This document shows positions 48,253 to 57,623 of a stretch of 64,000 bases of DNA, piece by piece. The DNA is taken from positions 248,001 through 312,000 of the IMG/VR virus record IMGVR_UViG_3300044797_000098. The stretch is one strand, 5' to 3'. The notes beneath the pieces were generated by a model, which saw only the letters and a list, made by a program, of their open reading frames with translations, was not told the origin of the DNA and ran no database searches. The position numbers and the translations under genes are program-made. Every line of letters starts with the position of its first letter. Position 1 is the stretch's first letter.

Positions 48253-48582
48253 TTATTCCTTTGTGATTACGAATGATTTTCCACAACTGCAAACCGATTG
48301 TATTTTTTCACTTTTTAATATAAATCCTTCTTGCATCAAACTCTTTTCATAGTCGATTGTTGCTCCTATTAATAATGCAAGACTTTTACCATCAACAACG
48401 ATCTTTATATCGTCGAAAAGAAACTCTGTGTCATTGGCACGAAGGTCGCCATCGGAATAACTTAAGGCGAGCGTGAAACCTTCGCAACCTGAGCCACCGC
48501 TAATCCCGATGCGTAGGCGGGCGTGCTGGCTATTTTGTAATTTTGTTTTGGCTGCTGCTACGGCTGCTGGCGTGAGGGTCAT
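48253..48582 (-). CDS. A-type Fe-S carrier (IscA/ErpA/HesB)
   Basis: RLRIGISGGSGCEGF, VVDGKSL..LIGATIDY, CSCGKSF. Confidence 0.9.
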   Translation of the reverse strand: MTLTPAAVAAAKTKLQNSQHARLRIGISGGSGCEGFTLALSYSDGDLRANDTEFLFDDIKIVVDGKSLALLIGATIDYEKSLMQEGFILKSEKIQSVCSCGKSFVITKE

Positions 48583-48671
48583 GCCGATATCTCCTATGTC
48601 AATAGGGTAAGGTTTTCATTTTCTAATATACGAAGATACTTAATTAATTCGTGCAAACAATCTTTACTGTG

Positions 48672-48736
48672 CTTGAAAAGAGTAATCTTTTCAAGAAAAC
48701 TTGAAACATAAGAACCCCCGAACATTTATGTCGGGG
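48672..48736. other. two intergenic hairpins upstream of the IscA-like gene
   Basis: CTTGAAAAGA-gtaa-TCTTTTCAAG (10 bp perfect) and CCCCGA...TCGGGG. Confidence 0.55.
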
Positions 48737-48838
48737 AGTATGTCAGATTACGGTCATCCCATAAACTTAATTTATCACAATACGAGCGATGCCCAATAGA
48801 CAAGCCTGATTTGGGGGTATGTCGTTTCTTTATATGTT

Positions 48839-49102
48839 TCATGTTAGTATATCAAAATGCTCTTTATCGCTAATACTCAATAGTTTTCTAATTAATGCCA
48901 TTAAACAATCTTTGCAAACATCACCTTTGTGGTGATGACATAAATCCATTACATCAATAATACAATTTTGGAATGATACATATTCATCGCACCAAGATAT
49001 CCATCGTTCGTTTTTGACGCCCTTTATTATACATTGCATAATCGTCTCTCCACTAAAAAATACATTCCCAATGCTTACCGCATTTTGAACACTTCCACTC
49101 AA
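48839..49102 (-). CDS. hypothetical protein
   Basis: ORF with CxxC. Confidence 0.5.
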   Translation of the reverse strand: MSGSVQNAVSIGNVFFSGETIMQCIIKGVKNERWISWCDEYVSFQNCIIDVMDLCHHHKGDVCKDCLMALIRKLLSISDKEHFDILT

Positions 49103-49180
49103 CTTCTTCGTCCTCTTTTATATAGTAGAGAATAAAACAATGCAATCCAAGCAAACATAATAAGCGTGTCATGGATGATC

Positions 49181-49669
49181 CTATTTGTTATTGTAAGTCT
49201 GAAAAACTTTGTCCCACATGAATGAGAAAATGCCGAAGTTCGTGTTTTGTCTAACGTGATGATTATAGTGGAGTCTTTTCAAACGCGGAAAAAACCAAAA
49301 CTTATGCCAAAAACTATTTGTTAGATGAAACGCATCGTGTAAAAAATTATTAACTGTGCCAACGATCGCCATCTCACCGAGAATAATTAATCCAATACCA
49401 AGTGGAATTATTCGGAAAACTGTTAGAAAGAATGCTGTCAATATAAATGGAGCAAACACAAGTCCGAATAAATAAACCGTGTTATCTTTTTTTGGATCTC
49501 GATATACATCGGATACAAAATCTTTTGGCGGGTATAAAATATTATGATGAGTTTTGTGAGCGACATTTAAGCGACCGCTCCATTTTTGGTGGAAAATCCA
49601 GTGAAAAAAATAACCCAAAAAAGTCATTGACATTAAACCAAATATTATCACCGCCAAGTACAATAACAT
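49181..49669 (-). CDS. sterol desaturase/fatty acid hydroxylase family membrane protein
   Basis: His boxes HWIFH, HKTHH, HDAFH, HYNHH; NFG...WDKVFQT. Confidence 0.88.
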   Translation of the reverse strand: MLLYLAVIIFGLMSMTFLGYFFHWIFHQKWSGRLNVAHKTHHNILYPPKDFVSDVYRDPKKDNTVYLFGLVFAPFILTAFFLTVFRIIPLGIGLIILGEMAIVGTVNNFLHDAFHLTNSFWHKFWFFPRLKRLHYNHHVRQNTNFGIFSFMWDKVFQTYNNK

Positions 49670-49846
49670 TTTTACCTACTTAAATGCACTTTTATTACGT
49701 TTTCTACTACTATTGATATATATTTATGGGATCAAAAACATCAAGGATATCAAATGAAAAAGTTCAATCACCAAATTAATGTAAGACTTACTGATGAAGA
49801 AATTATGCTATGCTATGTCGTTTCTTAATCAAAGAAGGTATTAAAA

Positions 49847-50730
49847 ATGTTAGTAGCAAAAAATAAAAAAGAAAAACGATTTTACGTATATAAAATAATT
49901 AATATTATTAATTGGAAATTATATATAGGATTTACCACCAATTCCGCCACGAGAATGCGTGGTCATATTTATTCTGCAAATAATTCGAAAGCAAGAAGGT
50001 ATCACTGTTATCTTTCCCGAGCAATTAGAAAATATGGTGCTGAAAATTTTAAATTTGAAGTGATCAGGGAATATAATTCCAGCCAAGAAATGAAAGCGGG
50101 AGAAATAAAATATATTGCGTTTTTCGAAACTAAAAATCCATTTTATGGATACAATTTAACCGATGGGGGTGATGGATCTATTGGAGTAATCGTTTCAGAT
50201 GCAACAAAGGAAAAATTAAGCATAGCGGTTCAAAAAAGAATATCTGATGGAACATATCAATCACCAAATATTGGTAATTTTATTTTAACTCCTGAAAAAA
50301 CACAAGATTTATGTATCGATTACAAATCTGGAAAATATACAAGAAAGCAGTTAGCAAGAAAATATGAAATAGGTATAAGTACCGTTGGTAGCGTAATGCT
50401 AAAATAAAATCGCCTAATGATCGAACCTTTCTTACTAACGAAGGTCGCGAAGGTAAAAATAATTATGACAAACAAAAAGCAATCGAAAAAAGATTAAATG
50501 GGCAGTGGGCAAAAAGCCAAAAAGCAAGAAGAAAAATCAATGATCAAGAAAAGCAAACTATAAAAAAATTATATGCAACTGGTGATTATTCACTTGCTGA
50601 TTTACAATCAACTTACAAGGTAAGCAGACAAACAATTTGTGGTATAGTCAAAGGAATTAAACGTCCTCTAACCGAAAAACGTCGCTCGGAACTCGCTAAA
50701 AAAATAAAAATAACAAAACCAATAAAATGA
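49847..50730 (+). pseudogene. GIY-YIG/NUMOD3 homing endonuclease split by a 1-nt frameshift
   Basis: FYVYKI..LYIG, YNLTDGGDG; frame 1 stops at 50407, and the -1 frame stays open to 50730 with a second HTH-like segment. Confidence 0.7.
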
Positions 50731-50893
50731 TTATAGATAGTGAAACTTATAATAAGATTATTGATTTAACATTTAATGAAAAACTTTCCGCACTAAAAAT
50801 TAGTAAAATAATTAATATTCCACCAAAAACAATAGAAAAATTAATTACAAAATATAAAAAACAAAACAATATACCGCTTGGGCGTATAAAAAA

Positions 50894-51565
50894 TTAACTC
50901 GAAGTTTTAGGAGGACTAGATTTTGATGGAGTTTTATCTTCGTAATAATCCTTATTAACTGCCTTATTAAATCCCCAGTCCCGTAAATAAACTTTCCCAT
51001 CTCGTATTCCAAAACTGCTTGTTTTATCAAAATCTCCCAACAAACAATTTCCATCAACAACCATCTCACCCAAACACTTAAACAACGGATGTTCTTTTAT
51101 CTTGTCATATTCTTTTGGTTCAACCCATTCATCGCTTTCATTATTATATGCATAAAATAATGCGTTCATAAATGTCTCAAAACCAAAACCAACAATTTTT
51201 TTAAAATCTTGTTTTGTCATCGTTTCGGTAAATTTCATTATTAGCCATTTACCTTCCGGATCCGCTACAACAACATTCGCAACGCAAGGCTTCTGTAAAT
51301 CAAACTCTGCCTCAACCTTATCCTGTGCGATCCCTTTGTTATTATATGCTATTTTGATTATGAGATCATCGCTAATTTGAAAAACAATTCTACTGCTACC
51401 TTCGCCAAGCAGTTTCCAATGTTTTTTCGCCAACTCCACCCTATCATCAAAATCTTTCAACTCGCTCAACTGTTTCAAAATTGGATCATTATTCTCCACA
51501 AGCGAAACTTTCAATTCCGTTGCTCGTTTCAAAAACTCCCTACATTTCTCGAACAATTTATTCAT
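50894..51565 (-). CDS. protein-kinase-like fold protein
   Basis: LGEGSSRIVF, IIKIA, E helix, DFDKTSSFG, LRDWG. Confidence 0.6.
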   Translation of the reverse strand: MNKLFEKCREFLKRATELKVSLVENNDPILKQLSELKDFDDRVELAKKHWKLLGEGSSRIVFQISDDLIIKIAYNNKGIAQDKVEAEFDLQKPCVANVVVADPEGKWLIMKFTETMTKQDFKKIVGFGFETFMNALFYAYNNESDEWVEPKEYDKIKEHPLFKCLGEMVVDGNCLLGDFDKTSSFGIRDGKVYLRDWGFNKAVNKDYYEDKTPSKSSPPKTSS

Positions 51566-51591
51566 AACAATATAAATGCCAATATATTAGA

Positions 51592-52062
51592 TTACTTCCT
51601 ATAATCCAACGGATTAATCCTAATAATCTCTTTATTCTTTTTCACCGCATAATCATAGCAGTTTTTGGTTCCACTTGCAACACCTGAATAGCAAACCAGC
51701 ATCTTATCACTATTATCAACAATCCAAACATTTCTGGCTTGATATTTCCACGAAGCAAACGATCCACGGTTAATTACTTCAATCTTATCTGCTTTCGCTA
51801 AAAGATCGTTGTAATGCTTACGGTCATAAACCGACCAATATGCTTCTTGACCATTAAATGGAAGACAAGCAATGAATGGTATTTGCATTTCAACGCATAA
51901 ATCAGCAACCATTAGGTCATAACCAATAGCGAAACCTGTTAGAATGCGACTTGGTTTTAACTCTTGAATAATGCTTTTCGTCTTGTCATAAATAGCATTA
52001 AACGATGATTTAGGAAACGAAGCCTCGCCCAATGATCTATGTCCGCTTGTGCCCAAAATCAT
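51592..52062 (-). CDS. SLOG family (YspA/DUF1273-like) protein
   Basis: GTSGHR, TGFAIGYD, ARNVWIVDNSD, GTKNC. Confidence 0.85.
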   Translation of the reverse strand: MILGTSGHRSLGEASFPKSSFNAIYDKTKSIIQELKPSRILTGFAIGYDLMVADLCVEMQIPFIACLPFNGQEAYWSVYDRKHYNDLLAKADKIEVINRGSFASWKYQARNVWIVDNSDKMLVCYSGVASGTKNCYDYAVKKNKEIIRINPLDYRK

Positions 52063-52241
52063 TGTATTACCTGCATTGGAATATAACTATATGCAATTCT
52101 GTTTTTTAGATCTTTTGGTGTCTGCAATCCATATAATTTAGTAAAACTAATTGCGCTCGCTTCATTTTGATCTGCTTCAACAAGTTCCACTTTTTCTATG
52201 ATACCATCTGTGTATATTGTTTTAAATATAAGATATAGCAT
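52059..52241 (-). CDS. hypothetical protein
   Basis: Coupled ORF. Confidence 0.5.
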   Translation of the reverse strand: MLYLIFKTIYTDGIIEKVELVEADQNEASAISFTKLYGLQTPKDLKNRIAYSYIPMQVIQ

Positions 52242-52250
52242 TATTTCCTT

Positions 52251-52601
52251 TCATATTAGTAATTTGTATGTATCGATATTGTTGTATAGTTTTTTCATAT
52301 CTATTGTTTCTGGCGCTGGCAGATTTTTTATTTCTTCGCCATGGCAAAATACTTTAATGTAAGATTTTGTTATACTTAAAAAGAATGGCTGTTCAAACCA
52401 ACTAAAACCAGTAGCACTATTTATATAGCAATCCCAGCCAACCCATATTTGCTTGATTCTATGCATCTCATCTATTTCAGTTAATAATTTGCAATCATAA
52501 CACGTATATTGATTTAATTCGAATACATCGTTTTCTTTTCCGCAGATACAACAATGGGTAAAATTATCTAAATCATATGTCGATGTAAAATCAATTATCA
52601 T
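52251..52601 (-). CDS. CxxC-CxxC protein, tag DTYKLLI*
   Basis: CCIC...CYDC. Confidence 0.7.
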   Translation of the reverse strand: MIIDFTSTYDLDNFTHCCICGKENDVFELNQYTCYDCKLLTEIDEMHRIKQIWVGWDCYINSATGFSWFEQPFFLSITKSYIKVFCHGEEIKNLPAPETIDMKKLYNNIDTYKLLI

Positions 52602-53164
52602 TGTGTTTTATTCACATAATCGTAAAATGCAATACTGCTTGCAACGCCGGCATTAAAACTACGGACGGAACCTTGTATTGGTATCTCAACTAAATCATCA
52701 CATAAGTCTAACAACTCGTTCGTGATACCATCTTTTTCTTCACCAATCACAATCAAACTATTTGATCTCCATTGGTATTTACGAATATCAACCGAACCAC
52801 GACTTGTATTATTTTCCATACCAACGAATACATATCGTTCTTTTAATTGCTTTACTTCATCAAGGGTTCGGAAGTGATTTACATTTACATAGTGATATGA
52901 GCCCTGACATCCTCTCCTATCCCAATGCCTTGCGCCATAATAATAAAAATCAAAAATACCAAACGCATTTGCTGAACGGAGTATGGTTCCAATATTAAAA
53001 TCTTTTTCAAGATTTTGCACCAATACGCCTGCTGGCAACGCTTTTTCTTTTAGATCATTTTTTATATCTTCCGTAGATACGCTTTTATATTGATCTCTTA
53101 CATTGCGTTGCCACAAGAAACGGTTCTCTGGTGTGTCCATGTGTGCGGGCGGTGTAGTGCTCAT
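52598..53164 (-). CDS. TrmH/SpoU family RNA 2'-O-methyltransferase
   Basis: NIGTILRSANAFG, IGEEKDGI, IPIQGSVRSFNAGVA. Confidence 0.92.
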   Translation of the reverse strand: MSTTPPAHMDTPENRFLWQRNVRDQYKSVSTEDIKNDLKEKALPAGVLVQNLEKDFNIGTILRSANAFGIFDFYYYGARHWDRRGCQGSYHYVNVNHFRTLDEVKQLKERYVFVGMENNTSRGSVDIRKYQWRSNSLIVIGEEKDGITNELLDLCDDLVEIPIQGSVRSFNAGVASSIAFYDYVNKTQ

Positions 53165-53170
53165 CCTGAA

Positions 53171-53199
53171 ACCTTAAGGCTTCGATAGGCGGAAGTCAA
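53171..53199 (-). promoter_or_regulatory. sigma70-type promoter TTGACT-N17-TAAGGT
   Basis: Directly upstream of the TrmH-like gene. Confidence 0.5.
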
Positions 53200-53246
53200 G
53201 CCAGATCATTCGGCAATGTAATGATTTGGTTTTATTGTTTTTACTC

Positions 53247-53576
53247 CTATTTTGAATCTTCCGATGAGTTAATCTTCCGCAATACCTGATGACATTCGGA
53301 ACATCGTGGTCGCGGATCTACTCGTTCCTTTTTAGTTCCACGATATACGCCACCGGTTCTACCTCGTTCAATTCGTCCATTCCCAGCCTGAGCCCAATTA
53401 TGTATTAACATTGGCACAATGCCATTCGCCTGGCTTATCTTTACCCCTGTGGCATAAACTATTTTATCAACCAGATCCTTAACCGTAGTTTTTTCATCCT
53501 CTTCGAGAGAGTTCAATAATTCATATAATTTAGTTTTTATTGCTTCCATAATATCTATTTTAGTATTATCACTCAT
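53247..53576 (-). CDS. hypothetical protein (winged-helix-like, C-terminal CxxC)
   Basis: RGRTGGVYRG; CSEC. Confidence 0.6.
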   Translation of the reverse strand: MSDNTKIDIMEAIKTKLYELLNSLEEDEKTTVKDLVDKIVYATGVKISQANGIVPMLIHNWAQAGNGRIERGRTGGVYRGTKKERVDPRPRCSECHQVLRKINSSEDSK

Positions 53577-53639
53577 ATTATATATTCACTTTCTTTTGAT
53601 GCATGGCATTTTGCCGTGCTATCGCATATAGTATCGTCT

Positions 53640-53668
53640 AATGTATGCACTCCCCGCATGTGCGTCAA
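53640..53668 (-). promoter_or_regulatory. sigma70-type promoter TTGACG-N17-TACATT
   Basis: In an intergenic gap. Confidence 0.55.
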
Positions 53669-53699
53669 GGTGGGGCGCCGAAAAAAAACACCCGCAGTA

Positions 53700-54020
53700 T
53701 TAAAGTAGTATTAGGTATTTATCTATATCCTCCTTATATTTATTAAATATAGCGCATGCTAAATGTGTATTATACGCACTTTTATATTTAAAATACTCAA
53801 TAGTATCCGGTATTGTATAACCTGTCTCTTTGTCTATTCTTAAAAATCTAATTATATTTAACGCAACATTAAGTTTTCGTTTTTCATATATTCTGACGAC
53901 TCCATCTAATATGGAGTTTGATCCACCACCATCCCCTCTGTTTTTAACGATATCAATAAAATCTGTATCTATTACTTTTATTGATTTTGTTTTGGAATTA
54001 TATTCTGCATTAATTAACAT
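53700..54020 (-). CDS. DTDF/LNVA family paralog, tag DKYLILL*
   Basis: VIDTDF...IYEKRKLNVALNI. Confidence 0.8.
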   Translation of the reverse strand: MLINAEYNSKTKSIKVIDTDFIDIVKNRGDGGGSNSILDGVVRIYEKRKLNVALNIIRFLRIDKETGYTIPDTIEYFKYKSAYNTHLACAIFNKYKEDIDKYLILL

Positions 54021-54043
54021 CTATTATTATCACATTTAGTTAA

Positions 54044-54433
54044 ATGATTAAAACTATAAAACACGGCATCAATCTTATTCGACATCATTTGCGAGATGTC
54101 GGATTATCTGCGAAACGATCGGGTCAATGGCCAACCGTCGAGAAACATTTTTTGGAAGAGCATCCAGCTTGTGCTGCTTGTGGAGGAACGGAAAGATTGA
54201 ATGTGCACCATATAAAACCATTCCACGTTTTCCCAGAATTAGAATTGGATCCAAACAATTTGATTACACTGTGTATGATGATTGGAAGAGAGGATCATTT
54301 GATGATAGGACACGGCGGATCATTTAAACAATGGGTTCCTGACGTCCGAAAATATGCAGCCGAAGTATTAGCCGACCCATCAAAATATAATGCTGTTGTA
54401 AAACTTGCATTCGCGAATAGAAAAATAAATTAG
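54044..54433 (+). CDS. HNH endonuclease
   Basis: CAACG...VHHIKP...NNLITLC...H. Confidence 0.85.
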   Translation: MIKTIKHGINLIRHHLRDVGLSAKRSGQWPTVEKHFLEEHPACAACGGTERLNVHHIKPFHVFPELELDPNNLITLCMMIGREDHLMIGHGGSFKQWVPDVRKYAAEVLADPSKYNAVVKLAFANRKIN

Positions 54434-54435
54434 AT

Positions 54436-54609
54436 TTATTTCAATATCAGCAATTTATCCATTTTATTTACGGCTTCGACAAAATCTTTCCAACCCGATG
54501 GATCAATTATCATATCATTACAGCCATCCCAAATACCAATACTACCGTCTTCACGTAAATAAATACTACCCTCAAATCCATCAGTAAATGGTATATCTAA
54601 ATTATTCAT
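54436..54609 (-). CDS. 57-aa protein, tag DKLLILK* (not in ORF track)
   Basis: Manual translation MNNLDIPF...VNKMDKLLILK; coupled to 54606. Confidence 0.75.
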   Translation of the reverse strand: MNNLDIPFTDGFEGSIYLREDGSIGIWDGCNDMIIDPSGWKDFVEAVNKMDKLLILK

Positions 54610-54833
54610 TTCAATATCAATAACTTATTCATTCGTTGCAATGCTTCCGCCAAGTCTAACATCAGTTCGACGGGAAAATCGACTGTATTATATCCATCTC
54701 TGTCGTCATACCAAGTATCTCTTATTTTGTATTCTTCGCTAATAACGCATAAATTATTATCTATTGTAATTTTTAGCCTTCGTTCTTTTATGTTTCTTCC
54801 ATCGTTTCTGGCGAATGGGATGAATAATTCCAT
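54606..54833 (-). CDS. hypothetical protein, tag NKLLILK*
   Basis: Tag. Confidence 0.7.
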   Translation of the reverse strand: MELFIPFARNDGRNIKERRLKITIDNNLCVISEEYKIRDTWYDDRDGYNTVDFPVELMLDLAEALQRMNKLLILK

Positions 54834-54839
54834 CGAAAC

Positions 54840-55238
54840 TTATCCTTCGAGGATAGACATTTTTACATATCGATTGTAAAACTCAATCAATTCTTTACCG
54901 GTTAAATGAAACATAACACGACTTCCGAATGAGAATGGTCGATTGTTTTTTCTTATATTATATTTATGCTCTTTTGTTGTTGCAACCCAAAATCCAAACT
55001 TCTCTTCCAATACGAATTTTACTTCGTAGATATATTTTGGATTTGATTTATATACTTGTTCTGCTCTGTCGTGTCGTTGCTGCTTATCGATGGCAGATGC
55101 CTTTTCATAAAAATAATGATAGGCTCGATAGTAATTATCGAATGTTTTGGTTTCGCCGTCGCAAGTTATGGTTATGGAAGGTTTTGATTTTAAAGACATA
55201 TATGTTCCTCTCACTGTTATATATCGTGAGAGGAACAT
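54840..55238 (-). CDS. hypothetical protein
   Basis: Ends KMSILEG, a possible tag variant. Confidence 0.6.
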   Translation of the reverse strand: MFLSRYITVRGTYMSLKSKPSITITCDGETKTFDNYYRAYHYFYEKASAIDKQQRHDRAEQVYKSNPKYIYEVKFVLEEKFGFWVATTKEHKYNIRKNNRPFSFGSRVMFHLTGKELIEFYNRYVKMSILEG

Positions 55239-55253
55239 ATTTGATGTAATTTT

Positions 55254-57368
55254 TTATTCGTTGCGAATGTTTTTAACACGTCCGAAGGGAGGCTTAAACG
55301 TTTTATGATCGCTGGTAATTAGCCAAAGGACGTCGGTGCCTTTTGGTGGTGGTCGTGCATTAGATACTTCTGGATCGCTCAAAAAACCATCTGTCATAAT
55401 TATGATGAGATCAACCTTACCACATTGTTCTTCATATTCATTGAATACACGTGATACTTCTGTTCCACCACGACCATGCACCTTGGCCTTGACCAGATTT
55501 TCCTTATCTGCTTTGCTGATCTTTACCATTTCCGACCAGTATGGAACGCAATCCCAAGGACACAAAAACACCTCACCTTTTGTATCAATTACTTGTAATT
55601 GACTGATACCAAGTGCGATGTCATCACCTGACATTGAACCTGAGCAATCGTATGCAGCCAAGATATTAAGGAATACCTCTTGTTTTTTAGGCACATACAA
55701 TCCAGCAAACAATGGCCGGCTCTTGCATTTGTTCCAATTATTACGTCCTTTTCCTTCTCGTTTCTTTGACATCATTTGACGAACAAGATCTTCCCATTTT
55801 ATCTTTGGCTCCAATAGGTCATTTAATTCGTCGGAAAGGCCAAGTGGAACCTTGCCACCCATCTTTTTCGCCATTTCCGCAGCATCATACAACCTCTTGG
55901 CCAATTCATCTTCTGACACATCGCAATCCATGTGTTCATCCAAAAGATCACCGGTTCCGAATGGATCTATATATTCACTATCTCCGCCACCACATTCGGG
56001 ACAACCATTACCGCATGTTCCACATGATCCTTCTTGATCGCCACTGCAATTACCTTCTTGTCCTTGCCCTTGTCCTTGTCCTTGTCCTTGTCCTTGGCCT
56101 TGGCCTTGTTCCTCACCATCGCAACAAGCCCCACCTTCCCCTTCGCCCGGTTCTTGCCCATTGCTGGCATCAGATTGCCCGCCAGAGCCATTTTCGCTCT
56201 GTTCTTGACCTTCCCCTTTGCCCTGACCTTTGGTATTTTGAGGATTATCACATTGACCCTCATGCTCACAACTATCTCCATGATCAGAATGATCATGTTG
56301 ATCGTCTTTCTGACCCTTCATGTTTTTGCCAGCATGAGATCCTTTACCACCGGTTTTTGATGGCTTACTACCTTTGCTACCAGCACCGGGGTTAGTCTGA
56401 TTATCTTGTTCTTTTCCATCACCAGCAGATTGCTTATTACCTTCTGCCTTTGCTTTCTCTTCTGCGTCTTTCTTTTGTTGCTCTTGGATTTGTTTTTGAA
56501 GTTTCTTGTATTCGTCGGGCTTCTTATACATTCCAAGTTTTCCACATTTTGGACATTTTGGAATACACGAATATAGATATGCATAGATATTTTCTGGTTT
56601 CAGCATATCTCCTTCGAGTTTTTCTTCTGCGTAATACATTGGTGGCTTATCATCACCGGGATGCTTATATGCAGGATCGGCTTTTTCACGAAGAGCATGA
56701 ATTGGATTGAAGTGAGCAAGATGCTCTGGCGGATTAAAAGGATCCCTATACATTTGGGCAAGTTCTTCGAGAGTAATGAAGTCTCCAAGACCTTCTTTAA
56801 AATCCTTTATGTAATCTTTACGACCACGAGTTTTTAGATCCATCAATGCAACGTGATTAACTTTGAAGTCAATTGCAATGTTATATAGGCGTGGAAGACG
56901 CGAACCACGTCGGGAAGGATGCATTGCAAAAGCATGGAGGGCCTCATGTATCAAAACCAATCTCAATCCAAGTTTTGACATCTTATTCACGAAGTCTGGT
57001 GCCCAGAAAAACTGGCGACCATTGGTCGCAGCGGTCCTCAATACTTTGCCTTTCATATGGCTTTTATACTTTTTTACTTCATCAGATATTTGATCTTTTT
57101 CTTCTTTTGTTAATTCTTGGCCATCAGCAAGTTTTTTCTCGATTTCTTTTTGGCTTTTCTCAAAATCATCAAGTTGAACCCCCATCGCATCGCATATATG
57201 CGGAAGAGGGAACACTAAATTGAAAATGAAAGGGTCACCACCTAAATTAGTTCCTAACGCCCTATTGTCATAACCTAATGACAATTCGGTAAAAACCGAG
57301 GATAATTTTTCCTCCGCTTGTTTAACCAATTTAGGATCACATTTGCCAATGACTTTGCTAAACTTCAT
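55254..57368 (-). CDS. DUF2201-type metallopeptidase + VWA domain protein (MoxR partner)
   Basis: TAATNG, HEALH, YDCSGS (MIDAS), GRGGT, TDG; central low-complexity insert. Confidence 0.9.
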   Translation of the reverse strand: MKFSKVIGKCDPKLVKQAEEKLSSVFTELSLGYDNRALGTNLGGDPFIFNLVFPLPHICDAMGVQLDDFEKSQKEIEKKLADGQELTKEEKDQISDEVKKYKSHMKGKVLRTAATNGRQFFWAPDFVNKMSKLGLRLVLIHEALHAFAMHPSRRGSRLPRLYNIAIDFKVNHVALMDLKTRGRKDYIKDFKEGLGDFITLEELAQMYRDPFNPPEHLAHFNPIHALREKADPAYKHPGDDKPPMYYAEEKLEGDMLKPENIYAYLYSCIPKCPKCGKLGMYKKPDEYKKLQKQIQEQQKKDAEEKAKAEGNKQSAGDGKEQDNQTNPGAGSKGSKPSKTGGKGSHAGKNMKGQKDDQHDHSDHGDSCEHEGQCDNPQNTKGQGKGEGQEQSENGSGGQSDASNGQEPGEGEGGACCDGEEQGQGQGQGQGQGQGQGQEGNCSGDQEGSCGTCGNGCPECGGGDSEYIDPFGTGDLLDEHMDCDVSEDELAKRLYDAAEMAKKMGGKVPLGLSDELNDLLEPKIKWEDLVRQMMSKKREGKGRNNWNKCKSRPLFAGLYVPKKQEVFLNILAAYDCSGSMSGDDIALGISQLQVIDTKGEVFLCPWDCVPYWSEMVKISKADKENLVKAKVHGRGGTEVSRVFNEYEEQCGKVDLIIIMTDGFLSDPEVSNARPPPKGTDVLWLITSDHKTFKPPFGRVKNIRNE
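56058..56108. repeat. 6-bp tandem repeat encoding (QG)n
   Basis: ttgtcc/ttggcc/ttgccc, about 8.5 units. Confidence 0.9.
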
Positions 57369-57509
57369 TTGTCTTCCTCTTTTTCCAATTGTTTTCCCAC
57401 ATTGAAACTACATTATATCCGAATGATTTTAAGTGTTCTTCTCGTTCAACAGTCTGGTTATATAACACACGATATTGCGTTTTATTTGCCTTATTCATCA
57501 TCTTATCAC
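57358..57509 (-). pseudogene. 3' part of the gene interrupted by the IS (Vsr-like tail)
   Basis: ...DKMMNKANKTQYRVLYNQTVEREEHLKSFGYNVVSMWENNWKKRKTNEV*; in frame with 59085-58797 after IS removal. Confidence 0.7.
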
Positions 57510-57584
57510 AAGGATACCGTCGCCTTTAGGCGACGGAGGAATTGTGCTCCGTTAAAATTGTTTTCGTTTTCTTTCACTTTTTTC

Positions 57585-57612
57585 TTGACATCTGGTAATA
57601 ATGTGTTATATT
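57585..57612 (+). promoter_or_regulatory. sigma70-type promoter of tnpB, TTGACA-N16-TATATT
   Basis: Inside the left end, 11 nt before the ATG. Confidence 0.6.
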
Positions 57613-57623
57613 AGTATTCAGTT

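Noticed and set aside
55712-57223. Long antisense and alternate-frame ORFs over the VWA gene (e.g. 55712..56395 +, 56034..56360 +, 55967..56296 -)
   Set aside because: Shadows of a GC-richer, repetitive coding region; no SD or family motifs.
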